From an uncultured Aurantimicrobium sp. (GTDB taxonomy: Bacteria; Actinomycetota; Actinomycetes; Actinomycetales; Microbacteriaceae), in the NCBI RefSeq assembly GCF_936931525.1, contig NZ_CAKZII010000081.1, positions 1 through 56,303 of the forward strand: a stretch of 56,303 nt of DNA, read 5' to 3'. The first letter of the stretch is position 1. Each line of letters starts with the position of its first letter. Made by a program: the position numbers and the translations under genes. The notes beneath the pieces are model-generated. The model was given only the letters and a program-made list of their open reading frames with translations, was not told the origin of the DNA and did no database searches. Shown piece by piece: positions 25,666 through 35,289 of this stretch.

Positions 25666-26898
25666 ATGGAGTCTTCACTGTTTCTTATCCTTGGTTTGAT
25701 TGCTGGAATTGTTGCCGGAATTGCCATTGGCTGGGGCTTGCGTGCACGCAAATCTCTCCCCAGCGATGCAGGCGACCTCGCTGTGCGCGCGGCTACTGCC
25801 GAAGCTCGCGTCACCGGTAAAGAGGAGCAGATCCAGACTCTGGAGCGCATGCTCAGCGAACTGCGCGAAGTCAGCGAGCGCAAGCAGGAAGACGAAGCAG
25901 CACGTGCTCGAGAAGAGCACAAAGTTCTTGAAGCCCTAGCCCCTGTCAAAGAAACCCTGCAGGCGATGCAAACCAAGGTCAACGACCTAGAAAATCAGCG
26001 CCAGGAACAGTATGGCCAGATTGCCCAGCAGCTAACCCAGTCCCGCCAGTTTGGCGAAGAATTGCGCGCAACCACCCAGTCACTCGCCTCAGCTCTGAGC
26101 TCCAACAGTGTTCGTGGCACCTGGGGTGAAGCACAGCTTCGCCGCTTGGTCGAAGTTGCCGGCCTGACCGCCCACGTGGACTTTGATACTCAAACCACTA
26201 TGAAGACAGATGGTGGAACCATCCGCCCTGACATGGTGATAAACCTTCCCGGCGGCAAGACCATTGTCATTGACGCCAAGGTGCCCTTCAACTCCTATCT
26301 CGAGGCAAGCCAGATCCCCATCACCGCAACTGGTGAAGAGGCAGCTCGTCGCAAGACCCTGATGGACGCTCACGTGAAAGCTGTCCGCTCCCACGTGGAC
26401 GCTCTGAGCTCCAAGAGCTACTGGAGCGGCTTCGACTTCAGCCCAGAATTTGTTCTGGCTTTCATTCCCAGCGAATCGCTCCTTGCTTCCGCACTCGAGG
26501 CAGACCCCACTCTTCTGGACTATGCCTTTGGCAAGCGCGTTGCGCTGGCCTCTCCTGTGAACCTGTGGGCAGTGCTCAAGACCGTGTCCTACACCTGGCA
26601 ACAGCAGGTCGTAACTGACGAAGCTAAGAAGCTCTTCGACTTGGGAATCGAGCTCTACTCACGCCTCAGCACCATGACCAAGCACACCGAGGACCTGCGT
26701 AAGGCGATAGAGAACACCGTCAAGCACTACAACGGTTTCATTTCCTCGCTCGAGACGCGTGTGCTCTCCACGGCTCGTAAGTTCCCTGGCATCGACCCCA
26801 CCAAGATCCTTCCTGAAGGAATTGAAGTTCACGATGCCCCCAAACCACTGACTGCCGGGGAACTCGTTGATCCTGAGAACAACACCCTCTCCAGCTAA
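25666..26898 (+). CDS. rmuC: DNA recombination protein RmuC
   Basis: N-terminal TM and coiled coil, RGTWGEAQL, RPDMVINLPGG, IDAKVP, FIPSE. Confidence 0.95.
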   Translation: MESSLFLILGLIAGIVAGIAIGWGLRARKSLPSDAGDLAVRAATAEARVTGKEEQIQTLERMLSELREVSERKQEDEAARAREEHKVLEALAPVKETLQAMQTKVNDLENQRQEQYGQIAQQLTQSRQFGEELRATTQSLASALSSNSVRGTWGEAQLRRLVEVAGLTAHVDFDTQTTMKTDGGTIRPDMVINLPGGKTIVIDAKVPFNSYLEASQIPITATGEEAARRKTLMDAHVKAVRSHVDALSSKSYWSGFDFSPEFVLAFIPSESLLASALEADPTLLDYAFGKRVALASPVNLWAVLKTVSYTWQQQVVTDEAKKLFDLGIELYSRLSTMTKHTEDLRKAIENTVKHYNGFISSLETRVLSTARKFPGIDPTKILPEGIEVHDAPKPLTAGELVDPENNTLSS

Positions 26899-26913
26899 TG
26901 ACATGATGGGAAC

Positions 26914-28149
26914 GTGAGTTCCCCATCAGCTAACGCGCCCCGTGCCTTATTGGCAGGGCGCGTTTTAGCGTTTGCGGGTATCGCACTCGTGGCATTTAGC
27001 ATGCGTGCAGCTGTTGCAGGTCTCTCTCCACTGATTCCGATTATTGGTCAGACCTACGAGCTGAACACAGCAGCCATCGCGCTCCTGGGATCCATTGCCC
27101 CCTTGAGCTTCGCTGCAGGCGGGGTCTTCACCCCACGCATTGAGAAGCGCATAGGCCTTGAGCGCACACTGATTTTGGCGCTAGTTCTCATGATTCTGGG
27201 GCACGTCATTCGAGCTGCATCTGTGAACTGGCAGACCTTGGCTGTGGGAACGCTTTCAGCGCTGGTGGGAATGGGCTTTGCCAATGTGGCCATGCCTCCG
27301 GTTGTGCGCAAATACTTCCCTGATCGCGTCAGCATGATGACGTCGGTCTATATGTCGATCATGTCGATCAGCGCCTTCTTGCCAGCACTAGTTGCTGTTC
27401 CAGTGGCAGATGCCATTGGTTGGCGCGGTTCCCTCTTGCAGTGGGCCGTCATTGCCACCATCGCTCTGATTCCCTGGATTCTGGAATACCGATCACACCG
27501 CAAAGACTCGTCGTTTGATGCACCCGAGAAATCCCCACAGGTGCGGAAGATTCATCCCTGGCGCTCCCCCACTGCGTGGGCAGTGGGAACTGTCCTCGCT
27601 GTTTCTTCCATCACCGGCTATGCCATGTATGCGTGGATGCCGGTCATTCTCATTGATATTGCCGGGGTTACCCCCGCACAAAGTGGCGCCCTGTTGGCGC
27701 TCTTTGCCGGCATCGGTTTACCCCTTGCCTTCGTGACCCCAGGCTTGGCTAAGCGCATGGGAAAGCACGTGCATTGGCTTGTCACTCTCGGCAGTGCCTT
27801 CTTTGTTGTGGGCTATCTCGGCTTATTACTCTCGCCCACCCATGGGACATGGATTTGGGTTGCCATCGTGGGCACTGGATGTTTAGAGTTCCCGCTTGCC
27901 TTGGTTTTGGTCAACCTGCGAACGGGCAGCGTGCGCAGCTCGATGGCGTTGAGCGGTTTTGCCCAGATCGTGGCCTATCTATGCGCAGCAATGGCACCGC
28001 CCCTGATGGGCATGCTTTACAGCAGCACCAATGACTGGACCGTCGTTCTGACGACCCTCATGATCGTCTCAGTTGCAGCAAATATTCCTGCCGCACTGAT
28101 TCTGCGTCGCAACCGCATGGTTGACGCAGAACTTGCTCTGAAGTCTTAG
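26914..28149 (+). CDS. MFS transporter, CynX/NimT-like
   Basis: About 12 TM segments, SMRAAVAGLSPL, NVAMPPVVRKYFP, LSGFAQ. Confidence 0.88.
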   Translation: MSSPSANAPRALLAGRVLAFAGIALVAFSMRAAVAGLSPLIPIIGQTYELNTAAIALLGSIAPLSFAAGGVFTPRIEKRIGLERTLILALVLMILGHVIRAASVNWQTLAVGTLSALVGMGFANVAMPPVVRKYFPDRVSMMTSVYMSIMSISAFLPALVAVPVADAIGWRGSLLQWAVIATIALIPWILEYRSHRKDSSFDAPEKSPQVRKIHPWRSPTAWAVGTVLAVSSITGYAMYAWMPVILIDIAGVTPAQSGALLALFAGIGLPLAFVTPGLAKRMGKHVHWLVTLGSAFFVVGYLGLLLSPTHGTWIWVAIVGTGCLEFPLALVLVNLRTGSVRSSMALSGFAQIVAYLCAAMAPPLMGMLYSSTNDWTVVLTTLMIVSVAANIPAALILRRNRMVDAELALKS

Positions 28150-29138
28150 ACCTCGAGCCAGCGGTCAGCGCGGTAGTCGGCCTGAACGCGGCGGATGGTG
28201 CCCGAACGACCACGAAGAATGATGCTGTCGGTACGGATGATTGGCCCCTTGCGGCGAACACCCTCCACCAGACCACCATCAGTCACACCAGTGGCAACAA
28301 AGAAGGTGTTGTCGCTGGTGACGAGTGAGTCCTGGTCATAAACGTGGTCAAACTTGAGGCCTGCGTCGAGACCCTTCTGCTTCTCGTCATCATCCTTGGG
28401 AGCCAAGATGGTCTGGATCATGCCGCCGAGTGCCTTCATGGCACACGCGGTGACCACACCCTCAGGGCTGCCGCCGATACCCACACACATGTCGATGCGT
28501 GATTCGTAGCGGGCAGCGTTGATGCCACCTGCGACGTCACCATCGAGAAGAAGACGAGTACCAGCACCGGCGTCACGGATCTCTTGGATCAGTTCCATGT
28601 GACGGGGACGGTCCAGCACGGCAACGCGGATATCTCCGACGTTGCGACCGGTTGCCTTGGCGAGCGCACGGATGTTCTCACCAATGGGCTTACGGATGTC
28701 GACAACACCGATGCCCTCAGGGCCGGTGGCAATCTTGTTCATGTAAAAGACAGAGGAGGCATCCAGCATGGTGCCGCGGTCTGAGACCGCAATGACGGAG
28801 ACCGCATTCTGACGGCCTGCAGCCGTCAGGCTGGTGCCGTCGATGGGGTCCACAGCGATGTCGCAGGCAGGGCCACGACCATTACCGACGTGCTCACCGT
28901 TGAACAACATGGGAGCTTCGTCCTTTTCGCCCTCACCAATGACGATGACGCCGTCAAAGTTCACGGTGGCAAGGAATGCGCGCATGGCGTCAACAGCAGC
29001 CTTGTCAGCTGCGTTCTTGTCACCATGGCCAATGAAAGGCACTGCGCGGATAGCAGCAGCTTCGGTGGCACGCACCAGCTCCATACCAAGGTTGCGATCA
29101 GGGTGAAGGTTCAGGATTCCGGTGTTTGTCGTAGTCAC
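28146..29138 (-). CDS. glpX: Fructose-1,6-bisphosphatase class II
   Basis: ELVRATEAAA, VIGEGEKDEAPML, AVDPIDGT, DGDV, GGSPEGV, ATGVTDG. Confidence 0.97.
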   Translation of the reverse strand: MTTTNTGILNLHPDRNLGMELVRATEAAAIRAVPFIGHGDKNAADKAAVDAMRAFLATVNFDGVIVIGEGEKDEAPMLFNGEHVGNGRGPACDIAVDPIDGTSLTAAGRQNAVSVIAVSDRGTMLDASSVFYMNKIATGPEGIGVVDIRKPIGENIRALAKATGRNVGDIRVAVLDRPRHMELIQEIRDAGAGTRLLLDGDVAGGINAARYESRIDMCVGIGGSPEGVVTACAMKALGGMIQTILAPKDDDEKQKGLDAGLKFDHVYDQDSLVTSDNTFFVATGVTDGGLVEGVRRKGPIIRTDSIILRGRSGTIRRVQADYRADRWLEV

Positions 29139-29295
29139 GCTCTCAGCCTAGGCGTCGACGCGCGTCACTCCCCAGCCGACGGGCGTAATACTCCGTATTC
29201 GTTTCGTTCATACCCGAATCACGCTCACCAGCTGGCTGGTTAGACTAGAGGGGCGCTTTCCCGTTTCTATTCGCGCCACAAATCTAGGAGATGTC

Positions 29296-30321
29296 ATGCC
29301 CGTCGCAACCCCGGAACAGTATGCAGAAATGCTCGACAAGGCAAAGGCCAAGGGCTTTGCATACCCCGCGTTCAACGTTTCGAGCTCACAGACGCTCAAC
29401 GCTGTTCTTCAGGGACTGACCGAGGCCGGTTCTGACGGCATCATCCAGGTCACCACTGGTGGTGCTGACTACTTTGCAGGTCACACCGTCAAGGCACGTG
29501 CAACTGGTGCACTCGCATTCGCGAAGTTCGCTCACGAAGTAGCAAAGAGCTACCCCATCACCGTGGCACTGCACACCGACCACTGCCCCAAGAACGCTCT
29601 CGATGACTTCGTTCTTCCCCTCATCGCCGCGAGCGAAGAAGAGGTCAAGGCTGGCCGCAACCCCATCTTCCAGTCACACATGTGGGACGGTTCTGCTGTT
29701 CCTCTGGCTGAGAACCTTGAGATCGCTCAGATGATGTTGGCCAAGACCAAGAACATCAACGCCATCCTCGAGGTTGAAATCGGTGTTGTCGGTGGCGAGG
29801 AAGACGGCGTCTCTCACGACATCAACGACAGCCTGTACACCACCATCGAAGACGGCATCAAGACCGTGGAGGCTCTGGGCCTCGGCGAGAACGGCCGCTA
29901 CATGGCAGCCATGACCTTCGGTAACGTGCACGGTGTTTACAAGCCCGGTAACGTCAAGCTTCGCCCCGAACTCCTCAAGGAGATCCAGGAAGGCGTTGCA
30001 GCTAAGTTCGGCACCGCAGCAAAGCCTTTCGACCTCGTATTCCACGGTGGTTCTGGTTCAACTGACGCTGAGATCGCTGAAGCAGTAGCAAACGGCGTGA
30101 TCAAGATGAACGTCGACACCGACACCCAGTACGCCTTCACCCGTTCTGTTGCAGACACCATGTTCCGCAACTACGACGGTGTGCTCAAGGTTGATGGCGA
30201 AATGGGTAACAAGAAGATCTATGACCCCCGCGCATGGGGCAAGCTCGCTGAGACCGCTATGGCAGCTCGCGTTGGCCAGGCTACTCAGCAGCTCGGTTCT
30301 GCTGGTCACTCCGGTAAGTAA
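29296..30321 (+). CDS. fbaA: Fructose-bisphosphate aldolase class II
   Basis: LHTDHC, SHMWDGS, EVEIGVVGGEEDG, FGNVHG, FHGGSG, KMNVDTD, YDPR. Confidence 0.97.
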   Translation: MPVATPEQYAEMLDKAKAKGFAYPAFNVSSSQTLNAVLQGLTEAGSDGIIQVTTGGADYFAGHTVKARATGALAFAKFAHEVAKSYPITVALHTDHCPKNALDDFVLPLIAASEEEVKAGRNPIFQSHMWDGSAVPLAENLEIAQMMLAKTKNINAILEVEIGVVGGEEDGVSHDINDSLYTTIEDGIKTVEALGLGENGRYMAAMTFGNVHGVYKPGNVKLRPELLKEIQEGVAAKFGTAAKPFDLVFHGGSGSTDAEIAEAVANGVIKMNVDTDTQYAFTRSVADTMFRNYDGVLKVDGEMGNKKIYDPRAWGKLAETAMAARVGQATQQLGSAGHSGK

Positions 30322-30332
30322 GAACCCTCTCC

Positions 30333-30875
30333 ATGGCAGAAACACCTGAGACCACGCCTGCTTCCGACAAGGAAGACAAGGCGACTTCGGTGACCCCTGC
30401 CGCCGAGAAAAAGAACGACAAGAACGAATCGAAGCAGGCTCCGACTCCCCTCACTCCTGAGGAGAAGAAGGAGCGGAGCCTTGCTCTCGATCGTTTCATC
30501 ACCTGGGGTTTGATCTTTGTCGCCGTGTTCTCGGTCTTCTCCGGCCTTGGCGACTACATCAACCCTCGCGCCTCGATGAACCTGCTCTATGACGAGCTGA
30601 ACACCCTGAACCCAGACTTCAACCTGGGCACCTTCGAGAACATCACCTTCGCCGTTCAAATGGGCTGGGTTGCCGTCACCATTCAAGCCATCGTGTTGGC
30701 CATGGTTGTCTGGGTCTCACGTCAGCGCATGAAGGCGAAGAAGTTCTCCTGGTGGATTCCCGTACTGGGTGCTGTTATCTCTAACGCACTGTCCACAGCC
30801 TGCATCTTTATTGCGCTGTTCTCAGACCCTGGCTTCCAAGAGGGAATCAATTCCCTCATCAACGCCGGAAAGTAA
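30333..30875 (+). CDS. Membrane protein (DUF6264-like)
   Basis: Charged N-terminus, DRFITWGL, three TM segments, SWWIPVLG. Follows fbaA. Confidence 0.75.
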   Translation: MAETPETTPASDKEDKATSVTPAAEKKNDKNESKQAPTPLTPEEKKERSLALDRFITWGLIFVAVFSVFSGLGDYINPRASMNLLYDELNTLNPDFNLGTFENITFAVQMGWVAVTIQAIVLAMVVWVSRQRMKAKKFSWWIPVLGAVISNALSTACIFIALFSDPGFQEGINSLINAGK

Positions 30876-30901
30876 TTCAGCGTCGTTCGCAGAAAAGGTA
30901 C

Positions 30902-31918
30902 TTACTTTCCTGGGTAGACAATCGCTTTGAGCTGACCAGCTGTCTTGCCTGCATTCAGGGCTTCCTCAACTTCGTTGAGCCCGAACTTACCTGTGACGAG
31001 AATGTCCAAGTCCACCTTGCCACTGGACACCATCTCAATAGCGGTCGGCCAGGTGTTGGTGTAACGGAAGACACCGCTGATCCAGATCTCGCGGTTTTGA
31101 ATGAAGGAGATGGGGAGGCTGTATTCATCGTGACCGCCACCGACCAAGATGACACGACCTGCTGGGCGCACTGCCAAGATGCCACCCTGTACGGCAGCAG
31201 GAGCACCGGAAGCATCAATGAAAGCATCTACTTCAAGCCCAGCGAGCTCATCGACACGAGGATCTAATGCCTGCGTTGCACCGTGCTGCAGAGCAAACTC
31301 ACGACGGTCTTCTGCCACATCAGTGATGATGACTTCTGCAGCGCCGAGTGCACGAGCAGTCTGAGCAACAATGACACCGATAGGACCAGCACCGGCAATA
31401 AGAACTCGGCTACCCTTGCCTACTTCAGCACGTTCACACGCCCAAATACCCACCGAGAGGGGCTCCATCAACGCAGCTGCCTCAAAGGAGACGCTGTCAG
31501 GGATCTCGAAGGCAAACTTCGACTGGATAGTGACGTATTCACAGAAAGCGCCATCGATGGGAGGGGTTGCATAGAACTCGATATCGGGGCAGAGGTTGTA
31601 ACGACCGGCGTTGCACTGGAAGCAGTCGCCGCAGGGTCGCTGTGGTTCAACTGCTACGCGCTGACCAACACGCGCAGGATCAACCTCTGAGCCGACTGCG
31701 GTGATGACACCAGAGAGCTCATGTCCCAGGATCAGAGGCTTTTCGACAACGTAGGGGCCAATCTTGCCGTGAGCGTAGTAGTGAACATCACTACCGCAGA
31801 CGCCGACTGCTTCCACCTGAACAAGAACTTCATCAGCACGAACCTCAGGCACCGGAATCGTCTCAACAGCTAATTCGCCCTGCTTCTTCAGAAACGATGC
31901 CTTCATCTGGGTAGTCAT
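30902..31918 (-). CDS. Zn-dependent polyol (sorbitol/xylitol) dehydrogenase
   Basis: GVCGSDVHYY, GHE, CGDCFQC...YNLC, EPLSVG, GAGPIG, FRY. Confidence 0.92.
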   Translation of the reverse strand: MTTQMKASFLKKQGELAVETIPVPEVRADEVLVQVEAVGVCGSDVHYYAHGKIGPYVVEKPLILGHELSGVITAVGSEVDPARVGQRVAVEPQRPCGDCFQCNAGRYNLCPDIEFYATPPIDGAFCEYVTIQSKFAFEIPDSVSFEAAALMEPLSVGIWACERAEVGKGSRVLIAGAGPIGVIVAQTARALGAAEVIITDVAEDRREFALQHGATQALDPRVDELAGLEVDAFIDASGAPAAVQGGILAVRPAGRVILVGGGHDEYSLPISFIQNREIWISGVFRYTNTWPTAIEMVSSGKVDLDILVTGKFGLNEVEEALNAGKTAGQLKAIVYPGK

Positions 31919-31962
31919 GATGTTCTCTTACTTGTTGGTGTGGATGGTGAGGTCGAACTGAA

Positions 31963-33435
31963 TTAGCGGGTGTAGCTGGAAACGGTCTCGTGTGCCCCGC
32001 GAGTGAATAGCGATTCAAGTGCTGCGAGATATGGCGCAGTGAACTTCTCGTTCTCGCTCAGGTTGCCAAAGAGTTGTTTGTTCTGGATGAATGCCAAGGG
32101 GTTCTCCCGCTGCGAGAGCGCAATGGGGATCAGCTCATCTTTGAGAGGGTCGACCACGTTGATGGGCTCCCCCTGTTCGTCAACACCTTCGGCATAGCGA
32201 GCCCAGCTGGCCACAATGGCAGCAGAGAGAGTGACGTCTCCGCCCTGAGCAAGCTGATCGTGGATCACAGGAACAAGCCACTTAGGGATGCGGTCAGAAG
32301 ACTCAGCACACAAGCGAACTAATGTGTCGCGCACCTCAGGGTTTGAGAAGCGCTCAATGAGCATGTGCTTGTAGGCAGTGAGGTCGATCCCGGGTACAGG
32401 GCGAAGGGTTGGAGTCGCTTCGTTATCCATGTAGGCCAGGAGGAATTTGGCAATGGCAGGGTCGGCGAGCGCTTCATGAGCAAAGCGATAACCACTGAGG
32501 TATCCAAAATAGGTGAGGCCTTGGTGGCTGGCATTGAGTAAACGTAGCTTCATCAGCTCGTAGGGCTCAACATCTTCGACGAGCTGAACGCCCGCATCCT
32601 CAAATGGTGGTCGGCCCATGGTGAAGTGGTCTTCAATAACCCACTGGAAGAAAGGCTCAGCGACAACAGGCCAGGAGTCACTCAGACCGGTGAGTTCTGC
32701 CACTTCAGCAATGTCTTCCGGAGCAGTTACTGGAGTAATGCGGTCGACCATGGAGTTGGGGAATGCGACATTTTGCTCGATCCACTCACCCAACTCAGCG
32801 TCTTTGAGCTTGGCAAAAGCAACGAACATCTCTTGAGCCACATGACCATTGCCCTGGATGTTGTCACAGGAAAGAACGGTGAACGCGGGTATCCCACGTT
32901 CACGCCGACGACGCAGAGCTTCGGTCACAAAACCGAATGCGGTGGAGGGAATTGCGCCATCGAGGAGATCAGCTGCAACGGCAGGCGTGGAGGCCATAAA
33001 TTCGCCCGTTACGCGATCAAAGTTGTATCCACCCTCAGTGATGGTCAGTGAGACGATTCGCGTCTCAGGGTCTGCCATCTTTTCGATAACGGCTTCTGGG
33101 TCATCGGGAGCAAACATGTACTCACGAATGGAGCCAATAATGGAGGGCTCTCGGACACCATCAGGGTGCTTGAGAACGAGTGTGTAGAGGCAATCTTGTT
33201 CGGCGAAGACATCGCGGAGTTTCTTGTCTCCATCAAGTAGGCCGACCCCGCAAATGCCCCAGTCAAGCGCCTTGTTCTCATTCATCAACCGATCGAGTGT
33301 CATCGCCATGTGTGAGCGGTGGAATCCACCCACACCGAAGTGAACGATTCCAGTCTTGACGGCATCAAGGTCGTATCCAGGAATTGGAACCCCTGCGTTA
33401 ATCGAGGAGAGGGTTCGCTTGTTGAGGGTCGTCAT
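31963..33435 (-). CDS. Mannitol 2-dehydrogenase family protein
   Basis: HFGVGGFHRSH, SLTITEGGY, LSCDN, FPNSMVDRITP, QWVIED, MKLRLLNASH. Confidence 0.94.
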   Translation of the reverse strand: MTTLNKRTLSSINAGVPIPGYDLDAVKTGIVHFGVGGFHRSHMAMTLDRLMNENKALDWGICGVGLLDGDKKLRDVFAEQDCLYTLVLKHPDGVREPSIIGSIREYMFAPDDPEAVIEKMADPETRIVSLTITEGGYNFDRVTGEFMASTPAVAADLLDGAIPSTAFGFVTEALRRRRERGIPAFTVLSCDNIQGNGHVAQEMFVAFAKLKDAELGEWIEQNVAFPNSMVDRITPVTAPEDIAEVAELTGLSDSWPVVAEPFFQWVIEDHFTMGRPPFEDAGVQLVEDVEPYELMKLRLLNASHQGLTYFGYLSGYRFAHEALADPAIAKFLLAYMDNEATPTLRPVPGIDLTAYKHMLIERFSNPEVRDTLVRLCAESSDRIPKWLVPVIHDQLAQGGDVTLSAAIVASWARYAEGVDEQGEPINVVDPLKDELIPIALSQRENPLAFIQNKQLFGNLSENEKFTAPYLAALESLFTRGAHETVSSYTR

Positions 33436-33462
33436 GATCTATTTGCGTCTTCTAGTCTCGGG

Positions 33463-34275
33463 TTACTTCACAGCGCCCATAGCAAGACCGCGAACGAGCT
33501 GCTTCTGAGCGGCCCATCCAGCGATGATGACGGGGAGAACAGCGATGGTGGAAGCTGCGGAAAGAACTGCAAGGAACTGTCCGCGACCGTCAACGAAGCT
33601 GGCCAAGAACGGCGGGGTTGTGCGAGCTGTGTCCGTGGTCAACAGCAGGGCCATGAAGTATTCGTTCCAGGAGAAGATGAAACAAATCAGGGCCACTGCC
33701 GCAATACCGGGGACCACGATGGGCAAGACAACTTTGATCAATTCAGTGCGGAAGTTCGCACCATCAATCTGTGCCGCTTCAATTATTTCCATGGGTACTT
33801 CATTGAAGAAGGAACGCATCATCCAGACAGCAATGGGGAGGTTCATTGCGGCATAGAGGAAGGTGAGAGCTGTGATGTTATCCAGCAGACCCATGAACTT
33901 CAGAATAAAGAAGATAGGAAGAATCGATGCTGCCACAGGCATGAAGCGTGTGGAGATGAAGAAGAACAGGGAGTCCTGAACTTTCTTCACTGGGCGAATA
34001 CTCAAGGCATACGCCGCGGGGATGGCCAACAACAACACAATCAGTGTCGAGGAAATGCTCGAGGTGAATGAGTTCAACAGAAATGAACCCATGCCACGAT
34101 CAAAGACAATCTGGAACTGGTCCAGTGTGGGCGTAAAGAAGAACTTTGGTGGGATTGAGGCCGCGTCAGCTTCTGACTTGAACGCGGTCATGAACATCCA
34201 CGCAATGGGGAAGAAGAACAGCAGGACCAAGATCCAGGTGATGGTGGTAGTCAGCCCACTCTTGAAACGACGCAT
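33463..34275 (-). CDS. Polyol ABC transporter permease (SmoG/MtlG-like)
   Basis: STRFMP, NLPIAVWMM, EAAQIDGA, FSWNEY. Confidence 0.93.
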   Translation of the reverse strand: MRRFKSGLTTTITWILVLLFFFPIAWMFMTAFKSEADAASIPPKFFFTPTLDQFQIVFDRGMGSFLLNSFTSSISSTLIVLLLAIPAAYALSIRPVKKVQDSLFFFISTRFMPVAASILPIFFILKFMGLLDNITALTFLYAAMNLPIAVWMMRSFFNEVPMEIIEAAQIDGANFRTELIKVVLPIVVPGIAAVALICFIFSWNEYFMALLLTTDTARTTPPFLASFVDGRGQFLAVLSAASTIAVLPVIIAGWAAQKQLVRGLAMGAVK

Positions 34276-35204
34276 CAGCGGTCTCCTCCGTTCATGAATA
34301 CCTTGAACAGAGTTCGAAGGGCGATTGTGGCAACAAGAATCGTGATGAACACGGTAACAACACCGAAGGCAGCCGCCTGGCCCACATCTAGACCAATAAA
34401 AGCGCGTTCATAGAGCAGGTAGGACAGCGTCTTTGTTCCACCAGTTCCCTTGGTCATAATCGCAATGGGGTCGAATACCTGGAGCAGCATGATTGAACCC
34501 AGCAAGGTCGCAATCTCAATGTATTGACGCATGTGAGGCAAGGTAATCCACTGGAAGGTGCGAATGGGGCCTGAGCCATCAACTGAAGCTGCTTCGAGGA
34601 CATCTTTGCTCTGGCTCTGCAGACCAGCCAACAGAATCAGCATCATGAAGGGGGTGAACTGCCAGGTCAACAGCATGATGATGGTGACGGCAGGAAGATC
34701 TGTGTTCCATGCCACTGGAGGAAGGCCGAGGGTTGTCAACGCGAAGTTGACCATACCGACGTTGGCATCCAGCATGGACCACTTCCAGATCAGCGCTGCC
34801 GCGGCAGGCATGATCAAGAAGGGGGTAATGAGAAGTGTGCGGGCAATTGCCTGACCGGGGAATTTGCGGTCGAGAAGAATGGCGAATCCCAGACCAAACA
34901 ACAGTGACAGGACGACAGAGGATCCTGTAATGAGCACTGTTGCGCCAAGGGAAGAGAGGAAGTCTGGGCCAGTGAACACCGTCACGTAGTTGGCGAACCA
35001 GTTGAAGCCAACCTCGTTGGGGTAGAGCTGGTTCCAATTGAGCATCGAGAAGTAGATCGTGACCAAGAAGGGGATCTGGGTCAGGACCAAGGCGAAGATC
35101 AGTGCGGGGAGGATGAGCGAACGCGAAAGTCGAACTTTCTTCTTCTCTGCTTGTCCAACCGGTGGCACTGCTTGTGCGCCTGGCTTCTGAACGATGGTCG
35201 TCAT
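34275..35204 (-). CDS. Polyol ABC transporter permease (SmoF/MtlF-like)
   Basis: LITPFLIMP, WQFTPFMMLILLAGLQS, EAASVDG. Confidence 0.93.
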   Translation of the reverse strand: MTTIVQKPGAQAVPPVGQAEKKKVRLSRSLILPALIFALVLTQIPFLVTIYFSMLNWNQLYPNEVGFNWFANYVTVFTGPDFLSSLGATVLITGSSVVLSLLFGLGFAILLDRKFPGQAIARTLLITPFLIMPAAAALIWKWSMLDANVGMVNFALTTLGLPPVAWNTDLPAVTIIMLLTWQFTPFMMLILLAGLQSQSKDVLEAASVDGSGPIRTFQWITLPHMRQYIEIATLLGSIMLLQVFDPIAIMTKGTGGTKTLSYLLYERAFIGLDVGQAAAFGVVTVFITILVATIALRTLFKVFMNGGDR

Positions 35205-35236
35205 GGATTTTCTTTCTCGTCGTTGAGTGGTGGGAA

Positions 35237-35270
35237 CCCAGGGCCGGCCTACAAGTAGACCGACCCCGGG
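35237..35270 (-). other. Intercistronic stem-loop after the polyol SBP gene
   Basis: Minus strand CCCGGGGUCGGUCUAC-UU-GUAGGCCGGCCCUGGG, with G-U pairs. Confidence 0.65.
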
Positions 35271-35289
35271 CTGAGTTGCCTAAGAAGTA